From NCBI GenBank assembly GCA_038087875.1, contig JAXLNO010000101.1:124001-188000 (forward strand): DNA of 64,000 nucleotides. Direction: 5' to 3'. The translations under genes and the position numbers were made by a program. The notes beneath the pieces were generated by a model. That model ran no database searches and had not been told where the DNA came from. It saw only the letters and a list, made by a program, of their open reading frames with translations. How positions within the stretch are numbered: the first letter of the stretch is position 1; each line of letters opens with the position of its first letter. Source of the stretch: Malacoraja senta (lineage: Eukaryota). Shown here one piece after another: positions 14,932-30,700 of the stretch.

Positions 14932-17900
14932 AAACCAATCCTCCTTTTGCATTTTCAAATCAAACCTCATTTTGGATTTTAAAAGCAAACCATTTGGATT
15001 TTAAAAGCAAACCACCTTTTGCATTTTCAAAGCAAACTACCTTTTGCATTTTCGAAGCAAACCTTTTGCATTTTCAAACGAAACCATAATTTGCATTTTC
15101 AAACCAAACCACCATTTGCATTTTCAAACGAAATAACCATTTGGGTTTTCAAACCATACCACATTTAGCATTTTCAAAGCAAACCACCTTTTCCATTTTA
15201 AAAGCAAACTGCCTTTTGTATTTTCAAAGCAATACCTTTTGCATTTTCAAAGCAAACCTTTTCCATTTTCAAAACAAACCGCCTTTTTCATCTCCAAACC
15301 AAACCGCCTTTTTCATTTCCAAACCTAACCGCCTTTTTAATTTCCAAACCAATCCACCATTAGCAATTTCAAATCAAACCATCTTTTGCATTTTTAAATC
15401 AAACCTTTTGCATTTTCAAACCAAACCTTTTGAATTTTCAAACCAAACCTTTTGCATTTTCAACCAAAACCAACATTTGCATTTTCAAACCAAACCACCA
15501 TTTGCATTTTCAAACCAAACCACCATTTGCATTTTCAAACCAAACCAACATTTGCATTTTCAAATCAAACCACCTTTTTTTTATTTTCAAAGCAAATCTT
15601 TTGCAATTTCAAACCAAACCACCAGTTGCATTTTCAAACCAAACCACCAGTTGCTTTATCAAACCAAACCACCATTTGCATTTTCAAACCAAATCACCAT
15701 TTGCATTTTCAAAGCAAACCACCTTTCGCATTTTCAATGCAAACTACCTTTTGCATTTTCAAACCAAATAACCATTTGGATATTCTAACCAACAATCTTT
15801 TGCATTTTGAAAGCAAACCACCTTTTGCATTTTAAAAGCAAACTACATTTTTTTATTTTCAATGCAAAACCTTTTGCATTTTCAAAGCAAACCTTTTCCA
15901 TTTTCAAACAAAACAAACGTTTTCATTTCCAAATCCATCCACCATTTGCATTTTCAAACCAAACCACCTTTTGCATTTTCAAAGCAAATCTTTTGCATTT
16001 TCAAAGCAAATCTATTGCATTTTCAAACCAAACCTTTTGCATATTCAGCAAAACCAAGATTTGTATTTTCAAACCAAACCACCATTTGCATTTTCAAACC
16101 AAACCTTTTGCATTTTCAAACAAAACCACCATTTGCATTTTCAAACCAAACCTCCCTTTGCATTTTCAAACAAAAACACCATTTCATTAGCAAGCCAAAC
16201 CACCATTTGCTTTTTCAAACCAAACCTCAGTCGCATTTTCAAACCAAACCACCCTTTGCATTTTCAAACCAAACCACCATTTGCATTTTCAAACCAAACC
16301 ACCATTTGCATTTTCAAAGCAAACCTTTTGCATTTTCAAAACAAAACCTTTTGCAATTTCAAACCAAACCTTTTGCATTTGCAAACCAAACATTTTGCAT
16401 TTTCAAACCAAGCCACTATTTGCATTTTCAAACAAAACCATCTTTTGCATTTTCAAAGCAAACCTTTTGCATTTTGAAACCAAACCACCATTTGCATTTT
16501 CAAACCAAACCATCATTTGCATTTTCAAACCAAATAACCATTTGCATTTTCTAACAAAACCACCTTTTGCATTTTCAAAGCTAACCACCTTTTACATTTA
16601 AAATGCAAACTACCTTTTGTATTTTCAAAGCAAAACCTTTTGCATTTTCAAAGCAAATCTTTTATATTTTCAAACCAAACCAACTTTTTCATTTCCAAAC
16701 CAATCCACCATTTGCATTTTGAAACCAATCCACCTTTTGCATGTTCAAAGCAAACCTTTTGCATTTTCAAAGCAAACCTTTTGCATTTCCAAACCAAACC
16801 TTTTTCATTTTCAAACCAAACCACAATTTGCATTTTCAAACCAAACCACCATTTGCATTTTCAAACCAAACCATCTTTTGCATTTTCAAAGCAAACCTTT
16901 TGCATTTACAAATCAAACCTCATTTTGGATTTTCAAAGCAAAACTTTTCCATTTTCTAACCAATCCTGCATTTTCAAAGCAAACCACCTTTTGCATTTTA
17001 AAAACAAACTACCTTTTGTATTTTCAAAGCAAAACTTTTTGCATTTTCAAAGCAAACCTTTTCCATTTTCAAACCAAACCAACTTTTTCGTTTCCAAACC
17101 AATCCCCCATTTGCAGTTTCAAACCATACCACCTTTTGCATGTTCAAAGCAAACCTTTTGCATTTTCAAACCAAACGTTTTGCATTTTCAATCTAAACCT
17201 TTTGCATTTTCAAACGAAACCTTTTGCATTTTCAAACCAAACCACCATTTGCATTTTCAAACCACCATCTGCATTTTCAAAGCAAACCATCTTTTGCATT
17301 TTCTAACCAATCCTCCTTTTGCATTTTCGAATCATATCTCATTTGGGATTTTCATAGCAAACCTTTCGGATTTTAAAAACAAACCACCTTTTGCATTTTC
17401 AAAGCAGACTATCTTTTGTATTTTCAAAGCAAACCTTTTGCATTGTCATACCAAACCACCATTAGAATTTTCAAACCAAACCACCATTTGCATTTTCAAA
17501 CCAAACTACCATTTTCATTTTCAAACCAAACCTTTAGCATTTTCAAACAAAACCGACATTTGCATTTTCAATCCATACCTTTTGCATTTTTAAACAAAAC
17601 CAACATTTGCATTTTCAAACCAAACCAACATTTGCATTTTCAAACAAAACCACCATTTGAATTTTCAAACAAAACCGACATTTGCATTTTCAATCCATAC
17701 CTTTTGCATTTTTAAACAAAACCAACATTTGCATTTTCAAACCAAACCAACATTTGCATTTTCAAACAAAACCACCATTTGAATTTTCAAACCAAACCAC
17801 CTTTTGCATTTTCAAACCAAACCATTTGCATTTTCAAACCAAACCTTGAGCATTTTCAAAGCAAACCACCTTTTGAATTTTCTAACCAAATCACCTTTTG

Positions 17901-20900
17901 CATTTTCAAACTAAACCTCCTTTCGCATTTTCAAATCAAACCTCATTTTGCATTTTCAAACCAAACCACCATTTGCATTTGGAAACCACATAACCATTTG
18001 GATTTTCAAACAAAACCACCATTTCATTTTCAAAGCAAACCACCTTTTGCATTTTGAAAGCAAACCTTTTGCATTTTCAAAGCTAACCACCTTTTGCATT
18101 TCGAAACCAAACCACCATTTGCATTTGCAAACCAAATCACCATTTGCATTTTCAAACCAAACCTCCTTTAGCAATCAAAACTCATGTTGGATTTTCAAAG
18201 CAAACCTTTTGCATTTTCGAAGCAAACCACCTTTTACATTTTCAAATAAAACCACCATTTACATTTTCAAACCAAACCACCATTTGCATTTCCAACCAAA
18301 CCTCTTTTCACATTTTCAAATCACACCTTTTGCAATTTCAAAGCAAACCTTTTGCATTTTTAAAGCTAACCTTTTGCATTTTTAAAACAAAGCTATGGCA
18401 TTTTCATAGCAAACCACCTATTGCATTTTCATAGTAAACCACCTTTTGCATTTTCAAAGCAAACCACCTTCTGCATTTTGAAAGCAAACCGCCTTTTGCA
18501 TTTACAAAGCAAACCACCTTTTGAATTTTCAAAGAAACCACCGTTTGCATTTTCAAAGCAATCCACCTTTTGCATTTTCTAAGCAAACCAACTTTTGTAT
18601 TCTCAAACCAAACCACCATTTGCATTTTCAAAACAAACCACCATTTGCATTTTCAAACCAAACCACCATTAGCATTTTCAAACCAAACCTCCTTTTGCAT
18701 TTTCAAACAACACCACCATTTGCATTAGCAATCCAAACCACCATTTGCATTTTCAAACCAAACCTTTTGCATTTTCAAAGCAGACCTTTTACATTTTCAA
18801 ACCAAACCATTTGCATTTTCAAACCAAACCGTTTGCATTTTCAAACCAAACCTTTTGCATTTTCAAAGCTAAATCTTTTGCGTTTTCAAAGCAATCCTTT
18901 TCTATTTTCAAACCAAACCAACTTTTTGATTTCCAAACCAATCCACCATTTGCATTTTCAAACCAAACCACCTTTTGCATGTTCAAAGCAAACCTTTTGC
19001 ATTTTCAAACCAAACCTTTAGCATTTTCAAAGCAAACAACCTTTTGGATTTTCAAACCAAACCTCCTTTTGCATTTTCAAATCCAACCTCATTTTGGATT
19101 TTCAAACCAAACCTTTTGGATTTTAAAAGCAAACCACCATTTGCATTTTCAAATCAATCCACTTTTTGCATTTTCAAAGCAAAACAACTTTTGCATTTTC
19201 AATGCAAACCTTTTGTATTTGAAAAGCAAACCACCTTTTGCATTTTCAAACCAATCCACCATTTACATTTTCAAACCAAACCATCATTGCATTTTCAAAC
19301 CAAATAACCATTTGGACTTTCAAACCAAATAACCTTTTGCATTTTCAAAGCAAACCATCTTTTGCATTTTAAAAGCAAACTACTTTTTGTATTTTCAAAG
19401 CAAAACCTTTTGCATTTTCAAAGCAAACCGTTTCCATTTTCAAACCAAATCAACTTTTTCATTTCCAAACTAATCCAGCATTTGCATTTTCAAACCAAAC
19501 CACCTTTTGCATGTTCAAAGCAAACAATTTACATTTCAAACCAAATCTTTTGCATTTTCAAACAAAACCAACATTTGCATTTTCAAACCAAACCAACATT
19601 TGCATTTTGAAACCAAACCTTTTGCATTTTTAAACAAAACCAACATTTGCATTTACAAACCAAACCACCATTGCATTTTCAAACCAAACCACCATTTGCT
19701 TTTTCAAACCAAACCACCTTTTGCATTATCAAAGCAAACCTTTTGCATTTACAAACCAAACCACCAGTAGCATTTTGAAACCAAACCACCAGTCGCATTT
19801 TCAAACCAAATCCCCATTTGCATTTTCAAACCAAATCACCATTTGCATTTTCAAACCAAACCTTTTGCATTTTGAAAGCAGACCTTTTGCATTTTCAAAC
19901 CAGACCTTTTGCATTTTCAAACCAAACCTTTTTCATTTTCAAACCAAACCTTTTGCACTTTCAAACCAAACCTTTTGCATTTGTAAACCAAACCACCATT
20001 GGCATTTTCAAACTAAACCACCTTTGGCATTTTCAAAGAAAACCACCTTTTGCATTTTCAAAGCAAAATCTTTTGCATTTTCAAAGCAGTCCTTTTCCAT
20101 TTTCAAACCAAACCAACTTTTTCATTTCCAAACCAATCCACCATTTGCATTTTCAAACCAAACCACCTTTTGCTTGTTCAAAGCAAACCTTTTGCATTTT
20201 CAAAGCAAACCTTTTGCATTTTCAAACCGAACCAGTTGCATTTTCAAACCAAACCACCATTGGCATTCTCAAACCAAACCACCTTATACATTTTTAAAGC
20301 AAACCTTTTGCATTTTCAAACCAAACCACCTTTTGCATTTTCAAACCAAACCTCCTTTTGCATTTTCAAATCCAACCAACTTTTTCATTTCCAAACCAAT
20401 CCACCATTTGCATTTTCAAACCAAACCACCTTTTGCATGTTCAAAGCAAACCTTTTGCATTTTCAAAGCAAACCTTTTGCATTTTCAAACCGAACCAATT
20501 GCATTTTCAAACCAAACCACCATTGGCATTCTCAATCCAAACCACCTTTTACATTTTCAAAGCAAACCTTTTGCATTTTCAAACCAAACCTTTAGCATTT
20601 TCAAAGCAAACAACCTTTTGGATTTTCAAACCAAACCACCTTTTGCATTTTCAAACCAAACATCCTTTTGCATTTTCAAATCCAACCTCATTTTGGATTT
20701 TCAAAGCAGACCTTTTGCATTTTCAAACCAAACCTTTTGCATTTTCAAACCAAACCTTTTGCATTTTCAAACCAAACCTTTTGCATTTTCAAACCAAACC
20801 TTTTGCATTTGCAAACCAAACCACCATTGGCATTTTCAAACTAAACCACCTTTGGCATTTTCAAAGAAAGCTACCTTTTGCATTTTCAAAGAAAGCTACA

Positions 20901-23900
20901 TTTTGCATTTTCAAAGCAAATTCTTTTGCATTTTCAAACCAATCCTTTTCCATTTTGAAACCAAACCACCTTTTTCATTTCCAAACAAATCCACTATTAG
21001 CATTTTCAAACCAAACCACCTTTAGCATGTTCAAAGCAAACCTTTTGCATTTTCAAAGCAAACCTTTTGCATTTTCAAACCGAACCAATTGCATTTTCAA
21101 ACATAACCTACATTTGCATTTTCAAAGCAAACCGTTTGCATTTCAAACCAAACCTTTAGCATTTTCAAAGCAAACCACCTTTTGAATTTTCAAACCAAAC
21201 CACCTTTTGCATTTTCAAACCAAACCTCCTTTTGTTTTTTTTCAAATCAAACCTAATTTTGGATTTTCAAAGCAAACCTTTTAGGATTTTATAAGCAAAC
21301 AACCTTTTGCATTTTCAAAGCAAACTACCTTTTGCATTTTCAAAGCAAAACTTTTGCCTTTTCAAACCAAACCAACATTTGCATTCTCAAACCAAACCAC
21401 CTTTTACATTTTCAAAGCAAACCTTTTGCATTTTCAAACCAAACCTTTAGCATTTTAAAAGCAAACCACCTTTTGGATATTCAAACCAAACCACCTTTTG
21501 GATTTTCACACCAAACCACCTTTTGCATTTTTAAATCAAACCTCATTTTGGATTTTCAAAGCAAACCTTTTGGATTTTAAAAGCAAACCACCATTTGCAT
21601 TTTCAAATCAATCCACCTTTTGCATTTTGAAAGCAAACCTTTTGCATTTACAAACCAAACCACCAGTAGCATTTTGAAACCAAATCACCAGTCGCATTTT
21701 CAAACCAAATCCCCATTTGCTTTTTCAAACCAAACCACCATTTGCATTTTCAAGCCAAACCACCATTTGCATTTTCAAAGCAAACCTTTTTGCATTTTCA
21801 AAGCAAACCTTTTGCATTTTCAAACCAAACATTTTGCATTTTCAAACCAATCCTCCCTTTGCATTTTCAAATCAAACATCATTTTGCATTTAAAAGCAAA
21901 CCTTTTGCATTTTCAAACCAAAGCACCATTTGCAATTTCAAACCAACCATCTTTTACATTTTCAAAGCAAACCACCTTTTGCATTTTGAAAGCAAACCTT
22001 TTGCATTTTCATACCAAACAACCATTTGCATGTTCAAAGCAAACCTTTTGCATTTTCAAACCAAACCTTTTGCATTTGCAAACCAAACCACCATTGGCAT
22101 TTTCAAACTAAACCACCTTTGGCATTTTCAAAGAAAGCTACCTTTTGCATTTTCAAAGAAAGCTACCTTTTGCATTTTCAAAGCAAAATCTTTTGCATTT
22201 TCAAACCAATCATTTTCCATTTTGAAACCGAACCAACTTTTTCATTTCCAAACAAATCCACCATTAGTATTTTCAAACCAAACCACCTTTTGCATGTTCA
22301 AAGCAAACCTTTTGCATTTTCAAAGCAAACCTTTTGCATTTTCAAACCGAACCAATTGCATTTTCAAACATAACCTACATTTGCATTTTCAAACCAAACC
22401 ACCATTTGCATTTTCAAACCGAACAACCATTGGCATTCTCAAACCAAACCACCTTTTACATTTTCAAAGCAAACATTTTGCATTTTCAAACCAAACCTTT
22501 AGCATTTTCAAAGCAAACAACCTTTGGGATTTTCAAAGCAAACCTTTTGGATTTTAAAAGCAAACCACCATTTGCATTTTCAAAGCAATCCACCTTTTGC
22601 ATTTTCAAAGCAAACCAAATTTTGCATTTTCAATGCAAACCTTTTGTATTTGCAAAGCAAACCACCATTTGAATTTTCAAACCAAACCACCATTTGCATT
22701 TTCAAACCAAACCACCATTGCATTTTCAACCCAAATAACCATTTGGATTTTCAAACCAAACAACCTTTTGCATTTTCAAAGCAAACCACCTTTTGCATTT
22801 TAAAAGCAAACTACTTTTTGTATTTTCAAAGCAAAACCTTTTGCATTTTCAAAGCAAACCGTTTCCATCTTCAAACCAAATCAACGTTTTCATTTCCAAA
22901 CCAATCCACCATTTGCATTTTCAAACCAAACCACCCTTTGCATGTTCAAAGCAAACAATTTGCATTTTAAAAGCAAACCTTTTGCACTTTCAAAGCAAAC
23001 CTTTTGCATTTTCAAGCCAAACATTTTGCATTTTCAAACCAAACCATCTTTTGCATTTTCAAAGCAAACCTTTTGCATTTCAAACCAAACCTTTAGCATT
23101 TTCAAAGCAAACCACCTTTTGCATTTTCAAACCAAACCACCTTTTGCATTTTCAAACCAAACCTCCTTTTGTTTTTTTTCAAATCAAACCTAATTTTGGA
23201 TTTTCAAAGCAAACCTTTAGGATTTTATAAGCAAACTACCTTTTGCATTTTTAAAGCAAAACTTTTGCATTTTCAAACCAAACCAACATTTGCATTCTCA
23301 AACCAAACCACCTTTTACATTTTCAAATCAAACCTTTTGCATTTTCAAACCAAACCTTCAGCATTTTCAAAGCAAACCACCTTTTGGATATTCAAACCAA
23401 ACCACCTTTTGGATTTTCACACCAAACCACCTTTTGCATTTTTAAATCAAACCTCATTTTGGATTTTCAAAGCAAACCTTTTGGATTTTAAAAGCAAACC
23501 ACCATTTTCATTTTCAAATCAATCCACCTTTTGCATTTTCAAAGCAAACCTTTTGCATTTACAAACCAAACCACCAGTAGCATTTTGAAACCAAACCACC
23601 AGTCGCATTTTCAAACCAAATCCCCATTTGCTTTTTCAAACCAAACCACCATTTGCATTTTCAAGCCAAACCATCATTTGCATTTTCAAAGCAAAACTTT
23701 TTGCATTTTCAAAGCAAACTTTTTGCATTTTCAAACCAAACATTTTGCTTTTTCAAACCAATCCTACCTTTGCATTTTCAAATCAAACATCATTTTGCAT
23801 TTAAAAGCAAACCTTTTGCATTTTCAAACCAAACCACCATTTGCAATTTCAAACCAACCATCTTTTACATTTTCAAAGCAAACCACCTTTTGCATTTTGA

Positions 23901-26900
23901 AAGCAAACCTTTTGCATTTTCATACCAAACAACCATTTGCATGTTCAAAGCAAACCTGTTACATTTTCAAAGCAAACCTTTTGCATTTTAAAACGGAACC
24001 TTTTGAATTTTCATACAAAACCAACATTAACATTTTCAAACCAAACCACCATTGCATTTTCAAACCAAATCCCCATTTGCTTTTTCAAACCAAACCACCA
24101 TTTGCATTTTCAAGCCAAACCACCATTCGCATTTTCAAAGCAAACCTTTTGCATTTTCAAAGCAAACCTTTTGCATTTTCAAACCAAACATTTTGCATTT
24201 TCAAACCAATCCTCCTTTTCCATTTTCAAATCAAACCTCATTTTGCATTTAAAAGCAAACCTTTTGCATTTTCAAACCAAACCACCATTTGCAATTTAAA
24301 ACCAAACCACCTTTTACATTTTCAAAGCAAACCACCTTTTGCATTTTGAAAGCAAACCTTTTGCATTTTCAAAGCAAACCACCTTTTGCACGTATAAACC
24401 AAACCACCATTTGCATTTTCAAACCAAACATCCATTTGCATGTTCAAAGCAAACCTTTTACATTTTCAAAGCAAACCTTTTGCATTTTAAAACGGAACCT
24501 TTTGCATTTTCATACAAAACCAACATTAGCATTTTCAAACCAAACCACCATTTGCATTTTCAAACCAAACCACCTTTTGCATGTTCAAAGCAAACAATTT
24601 GCATTTTAAAAGCAAACCTTTTGCATTTTCAAAACATACCGTTTGCATTTTCAAACCGAACCTTTTGCATATTCAAACCAAACCACCATTTGCGTTTTCA
24701 AACCAAACCACCATTTGCATTTTCAAACCAAACCATATTTTGCATTTTCAAAGCAAACATTTTGCATTTGAAACCAAACCTTTAGCATTTTCAAAGCAAA
24801 CCACCTATTAAATTTTCAAACCAAACCACCTTTTTCATTTTCAAACCAAACCTCCTTTTGTTTTTTTAAATCAAACCTCATTTGTATTTTCAAAGCAAAC
24901 CCTTAGGATTTTTTAAGCAAACCACCTTTTACATTTTCAAAGCAAACTACCTTTTGCATTCTCAAACCAAACCTTTAGCATTTTCAAAGCAATCCTCCTT
25001 TTGCATTTTCAAATCAAACCTCATTTTTCATTTCAAAGCAAACCTTTTCCATTTTCAAACCAAACCAACTTTTTAATTTCAAAAACCAATCCACCATTTG
25101 CATTTTCAAACCGTACCACCTTTTGAATTTTCAAACCAAACCACCTTTTCCATTTTAAACCAAACCTTTTGCATTTTCAAACAAAACCAACATTTGCATT
25201 TACAAACCAAACCATCATTTGCATTTTGAAACCAAACCTTTTGCATTTGCAAAGCAAACAACCTTTTGGATTTTGAAACCAAACCACCTTTTGCATTTTC
25301 AAACCAAACCTCCTTTTGCATTTTCAAATCCAACCTCATTTTGGATTTTCAAATCAGACCTTTTGCATTTTCAAACCAAACGTTTTGCATTTTCAAACCA
25401 AACCTTTTGCATTTTCAAACCAAACCTTTTGCATTTTCAAACCAAACCTTTTGCATTTGCAAACCAAGCCACCATTGGCTTTTTCAAACTAAACCACCTT
25501 TGGCATTTTCAAAGAAAACCACCTTTTCCATTTTGAAAGAAAGCTACCTTTTGCATTTTCAAAGCCAAATCTTTTGCATTTTCAAAGTAATCCTTTTCCA
25601 TTTTCAAACCAAACCACCTTTTTCATTTCCAAACCAATCCACCATTTGCATTTTCAAACCAAACCACATTTTGCATGTTCAAAGCAAACCTTTTGCATTT
25701 TCAAAGCAAAACTTTTGCATTTTCAAACCGAACCAATTGCATTTTCAAACAAAACCAACATTTGCATTTTCAAACCAAACAACCATTGGCATTCTCAAAC
25801 CAAACCACCTTTTACATTTTCAAAGCAAACATTTTGCATTTTCAAACCAAACCATCTTTAGGATTTTATAAGCAAACAACCTTTTGCATTTTCAAAGCAA
25901 AACTTTTGCATTTTCAAACCAAACCAACATTTGCATTCTCAAACCAAACCACCATTTACATTTTCAAAGCAAACCTTTTGCATTTTCAAACCAAACCTTT
26001 AGCATTTTCAAAGCAAACCACCTTTTGGATATTCAAACCTAACCACCTTTTGGATTTTCAAACCAAACCACCTTTTGCATTTTTAAATCAAACCTCATTT
26101 TGGATTTTCAAAGCAAACATTTTGGATTTTAAAAGCAAACCACCATTTGCATTTTCAAATCAATCCACCTTTTGCATTATCAAAGCAAACATTTTGCATT
26201 TTCAAACCAAACCTTTAGCATTTTCAAAGCAAACCTCCTTTTGCATTTTCAAATCCAACCTCATTTTGGATTTTCAAAGCAAACCTTTTGGATTTTAAAA
26301 GCAAACCACCATTTGCATTTTCAAAGCAATCCACCTTTTGCATTTTCAAAGCAAACCAACTTTTGCATTTTCAATGCAAACCTTTTGAATTTGCAAATCA
26401 AACCACCATTTGCATTTTCAAACCAAACCACCATTTGCATTTTCAAACCAAACCACCATTGCATTTTCAAACCAAATAACCATTTGGATTTTCAAACCAA
26501 ACAACCTTTTGCATTTTCAAACCAAACCACCTTTTGCATTTTCAAATCAAACCTTTTGCATTTCAAAGCAAACCTTTTGCATTTTCAAACCGAATATTTT
26601 GCATTTTCAAACAAAAGCACCATTTGTATTTTCAAAGCAAACCTTTTGCATTTTGAAAGCAGACCTTTTGCATTTTCTAACCAAACCTTTTGCATTTTCA
26701 AACCAAACCTTTTGCATTTTCAAACCAAACCACCATTTGCATTTTAAAACCAAACCACCATTTGCATTTCAAACCAAATTACCATTTGTATTTTCAATTC
26801 AAACCACCTTTTGCATTTTCAAAGCACACCACCTTTTTCATTTTCGAAGCAAACTACCTTTTTGCATTTTCAAATCAAACCTTTTGCATTTTCAAAGCAA

Positions 26901-27396
26901 ACTTTTTCGATTTTCACACCAAACCGCCTTTTTCATTTCCAAACCAATCCACTATTTGCATTTTGATACCAAACCTTTTGCATTTTCAAACAAAACCAAC
27001 ATTTACTTTTTCAAACCAAACCACCATTTGAATTTTCAAACCAAACTATATTTTGCATTTTCAAACCAATCCTATTTTGCATTTTCAAATCAAACCTCAT
27101 TTTGCATTTCAAAGCAAACCTTTTTCATTTTAAAACCAAACCACCATTTGCATTTTCAAACCAAACCACCATTTGTACTTTCTAACCAAAATACACAGTT
27201 GGACTTTCATACCAAACCACCTTTTGCATTTTAAAAACAAACCACCTTTTGCATTTACAAAGCAAACCATCGTTTGCACTTCCAAACCAAACCACCATTT
27301 GCATTTTCAAACCAAACCACCATTTGCATTTTCAAACCAAACCACTTTTCGCATTTTCAAATCAAACCTTTTGCAATTTGCATTTTAAAAGCAAAC
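14932..27396. repeat. Satellite array, block 3
   Basis: Same monomers; internal duplications of ~1.9 kb and 122 bp. Confidence 0.97.
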
Positions 27397-27776
27397 ATAG
27401 AAACACAGAAAACAGGATCAGCAGTAGGCCATTCGGCACTTCGAGCCGGCACCGCCATTCAATATGATCATGGCTGATCATCCAACTCAATATCATGTGC
27501 CTGCATTCTCTCCATACCCACTGATCCCTTTAGCCACAAGGGCCACATCTAACTCCCTCTTAAATATAGCCAATGTACTGGCCTCAACTACCTTCTGTGG
27601 CAGAGAGTTCCAGAGTTTCACCACTATGTGTGAAACATGTTTTTCTCATCTCGGTCCTAAAGAATTTCCCCTTTATTCTTAAACTGTGACCCCTTGTCCT
27701 GGACTTACCCAAAATCGGGAACAATCTTCCTGCATCTAGTCTGTCCTACCCTTAAGAATCTGTACGTTTCTATAAG
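27397..27776 (-). mobile_element. CR1 LINE, short 3' fragment in the satellite
   Basis: Reverse complement of the same CR1 3'UTR and ORF2 end seen at 4620-5001; tail CATAGAAAC; AAAC on both flanks (possible 4-bp TSD). Confidence 0.92.
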
Positions 27777-30700
27777 AAACTTTTTTGCATTTTCAAACCA
27801 AACCTTTTGCATTTGCAAACCAAACCTTTTGCATTTTCAAACCAAACCACCTTTTGCATTTCCAAACCAAACCACCATTTCCATTATCAAACCAAACCAC
27901 CTTTTCAATTTTCAAACTAAACCACCATTTGCATTTTCAAACCAACCCTTCATTTGCATTTTCAAAGCAAACCTTTTGCATTTTCAAAGCAAACCTTTTG
28001 CATTTTCAAATCAAACCACCTTTTGCATTTCCAAACCAAACCACCATTTGCATTTTCAAACTAAACCACCTTTTCAATTATCAAACTAAACCACCATTTG
28101 CATTTTCAAACCAAACCACCTTTTGCGTTTTCAAAGCAAACCACCTTTTTCATTTTCAAAGCAAACAGCCTTTTGCATTTTCAAACCAAACCACCATTTG
28201 CATTTGCAAACCAATCCAACATTTGATTTTCAAACCAAACCACTATTTGCATTTTCAAAGCAAACATTTTTGCATTTTCAAAGCAAACTTTTTGCATTTT
28301 CAAAAACAAACCACCATTTGCATTGTCAAACCAATCCACCTTTTGCATTTTCAAACCAAACCTAATGCATTTTCAAACCACAATTTGCATTTTCAAACCA
28401 AACCACCATTTGCATTTTCAAAGCAAACCTTCATTTGCATTTTCAAAGCAAACCTTTTGTATTTTCAAAGCAAGCCTGTTGCATTTTCAAACCAAACCTT
28501 TTGCATTTTCAAACCAAACCTTTCCCATTTTCAAAACAAATTACCATTTGCATTTTCAAACTAAACCACCATTTGCGTTTTCAAACCAAACCTTTTCCAC
28601 TTTCAAACCAAACCGCCATTTGCATTTTCAAACCAAACCACCTTTTGCGTTTTCAAAGCAAACCACCTTTTTTTCATTTTCAAAGCAAACTGCATTTTGC
28701 ATTTTCAAAGCAAACATTTTGCATTTTCAAAGCAAACCTTTTGCATTTTCAAACCAAACCACGTTTTGCATTTCCAAACCAAACCGCCATTTGCATTTTC
28801 AAACTAAACCACCATTTGCATTTTTAACCCAAACCACCTTTTGCGTTTTCGAAGCAAACCATCTTTTTCATTTTCAAAGCAACCAGCATTTTGCATTTTC
28901 AAAGCAAACCTTTTGCATTTTCAAACCAAACCACCATTCGCATTTTCAAACCAATCCAATATTTGCATTTTCAAACCAAACAACCATTTGCATTTTCGAA
29001 GGAAACCTTTTGCATGTACAAAGCAAACCTTTTGCATTTTCAAAGCAAACCTTTAGCATTTTCAAAGCAAACTTTTTGCATTTTCAAAGCAGACCACCTT
29101 TTACATTTTCAAAGCAAACAGCCTTTTGCATTTTCAAAGCAAACCACCTTTTCAATTTTCAAACCAAACCACCTTTTGCGTTTTCAAAGCAAACAAACTT
29201 TTGCGTTTTCAAAGCAAACCTTTTGCATTTTCAAACCAAACTTTTTGCATTTTCATTCGAAACCTTTTGCATTTTCAAAGCAAACAACCATTTGCATTTT
29301 CAAACCAAACCACCATTTGCATTTTCGAACCAATCCAACATTTGCATTTTCAAACCAAACCACCATTTGCATTTTCAAAGCAAACCTTTTGCATTTTCAA
29401 AGGAAGCCTTTTGCATAGTCAAACCAAACCTTTTGCATTTTCAAACCAAACTTTTTCCATTTTCAAACCAAATTACCATTTGCATTTTCAAACCAAACCA
29501 GCATTGGCGTTTTCAAACCAAACATTTTCCATTTTCAAACCAAACCACCATTTGCATTTTCAAACCAAACCACCTTTTGCGTTTTCAAAGCAAACCACCT
29601 TTTTCATTTTCAATGCAAACTGCCTTTTGCAATTTCAAAGCGAAGCTTTTGCATTTTCAAAGCAAACCTTTTGCATTTTCAAATTAAACCACCTTTTGCT
29701 TTTCCAAACCGAACCATCATTTGCATTTTCAAACCAAACCACCTTTTCAATTTTCAAACTAAACCATCATTGGCATTTAAAAAAAAAATCCTTTTGCGTT
29801 TTGAAAGCAAACCACCTTTTTCTTTTTCAAAGCAGCCTTTTGCATTTTCAAACCTAACCTTTAGCATTTTCAAACCAAACCACCATTTGCATTTTCAAGC
29901 CAATCCACCATTTGCATTTTCAAAGCACTTTTGCATTTTCAAAGCAGACCTTATGCATTTTCTAACCAAACCTTCTGCATTTTCAAACCAAACCTTTTGC
30001 ATTTTCAAACCAAACCACTATTTGCATTTTAAAACCAAACCACCATTTGCATTTTCAAACCAAATCACCATTTGCATTTTCAAACCAAACCACCTTTTGC
30101 ATTTTAAAAGGAAACCACCTTTTGCATTTTCAAAGCAAACTACCTTTTGCATTTTCAAAGCAAACCTTTTGCGTTTTCAAACAAAACCACCATTTGCATT
30201 AGCAAGCCAAACCACAATTTGCTTTTTCAAACCAAACCACCAGTTGCATTTTCGAACCAAACCACAGGTCGCATTTTCAAACCAAACCACCCATTGCATT
30301 TTCAAACAAAACCACCATTTGCATTTTCAAACCAAACCACCATTTGCATTTTCAAACCAAACCTTTTGCATTTTCCAAGCAGACCTTTTGCATTTTCTAA
30401 TCAAACCATTTGCATTTTCAAACCAAACCTTTTGCATTTTCAAACCAAACCTATTGCATTTTCAAACCAAACCACCAGATGCATTTTCAAACAAAACCAC
30501 CTTTTGCATTTTCAAAGCAAACCAGATCTTGAATTTTCAATGGAAACTACCTTTTGCATTTTCAAAGCAAACCTTTTGCATTTTCAAACCAAACCACCAT
30601 TTGCATTCTCAAACCAAACCACCATTTGCATTTTCAAACCAAATAACCATTTGCATTTTCAAACCAAACCACCTTTTGCATTTTTAAAGCAAACCACCTT

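Noticed and set aside
9550..14940. Target-site duplication for the L1 in the satellite
   Set aside because: Cannot be distinguished from the repeat background.
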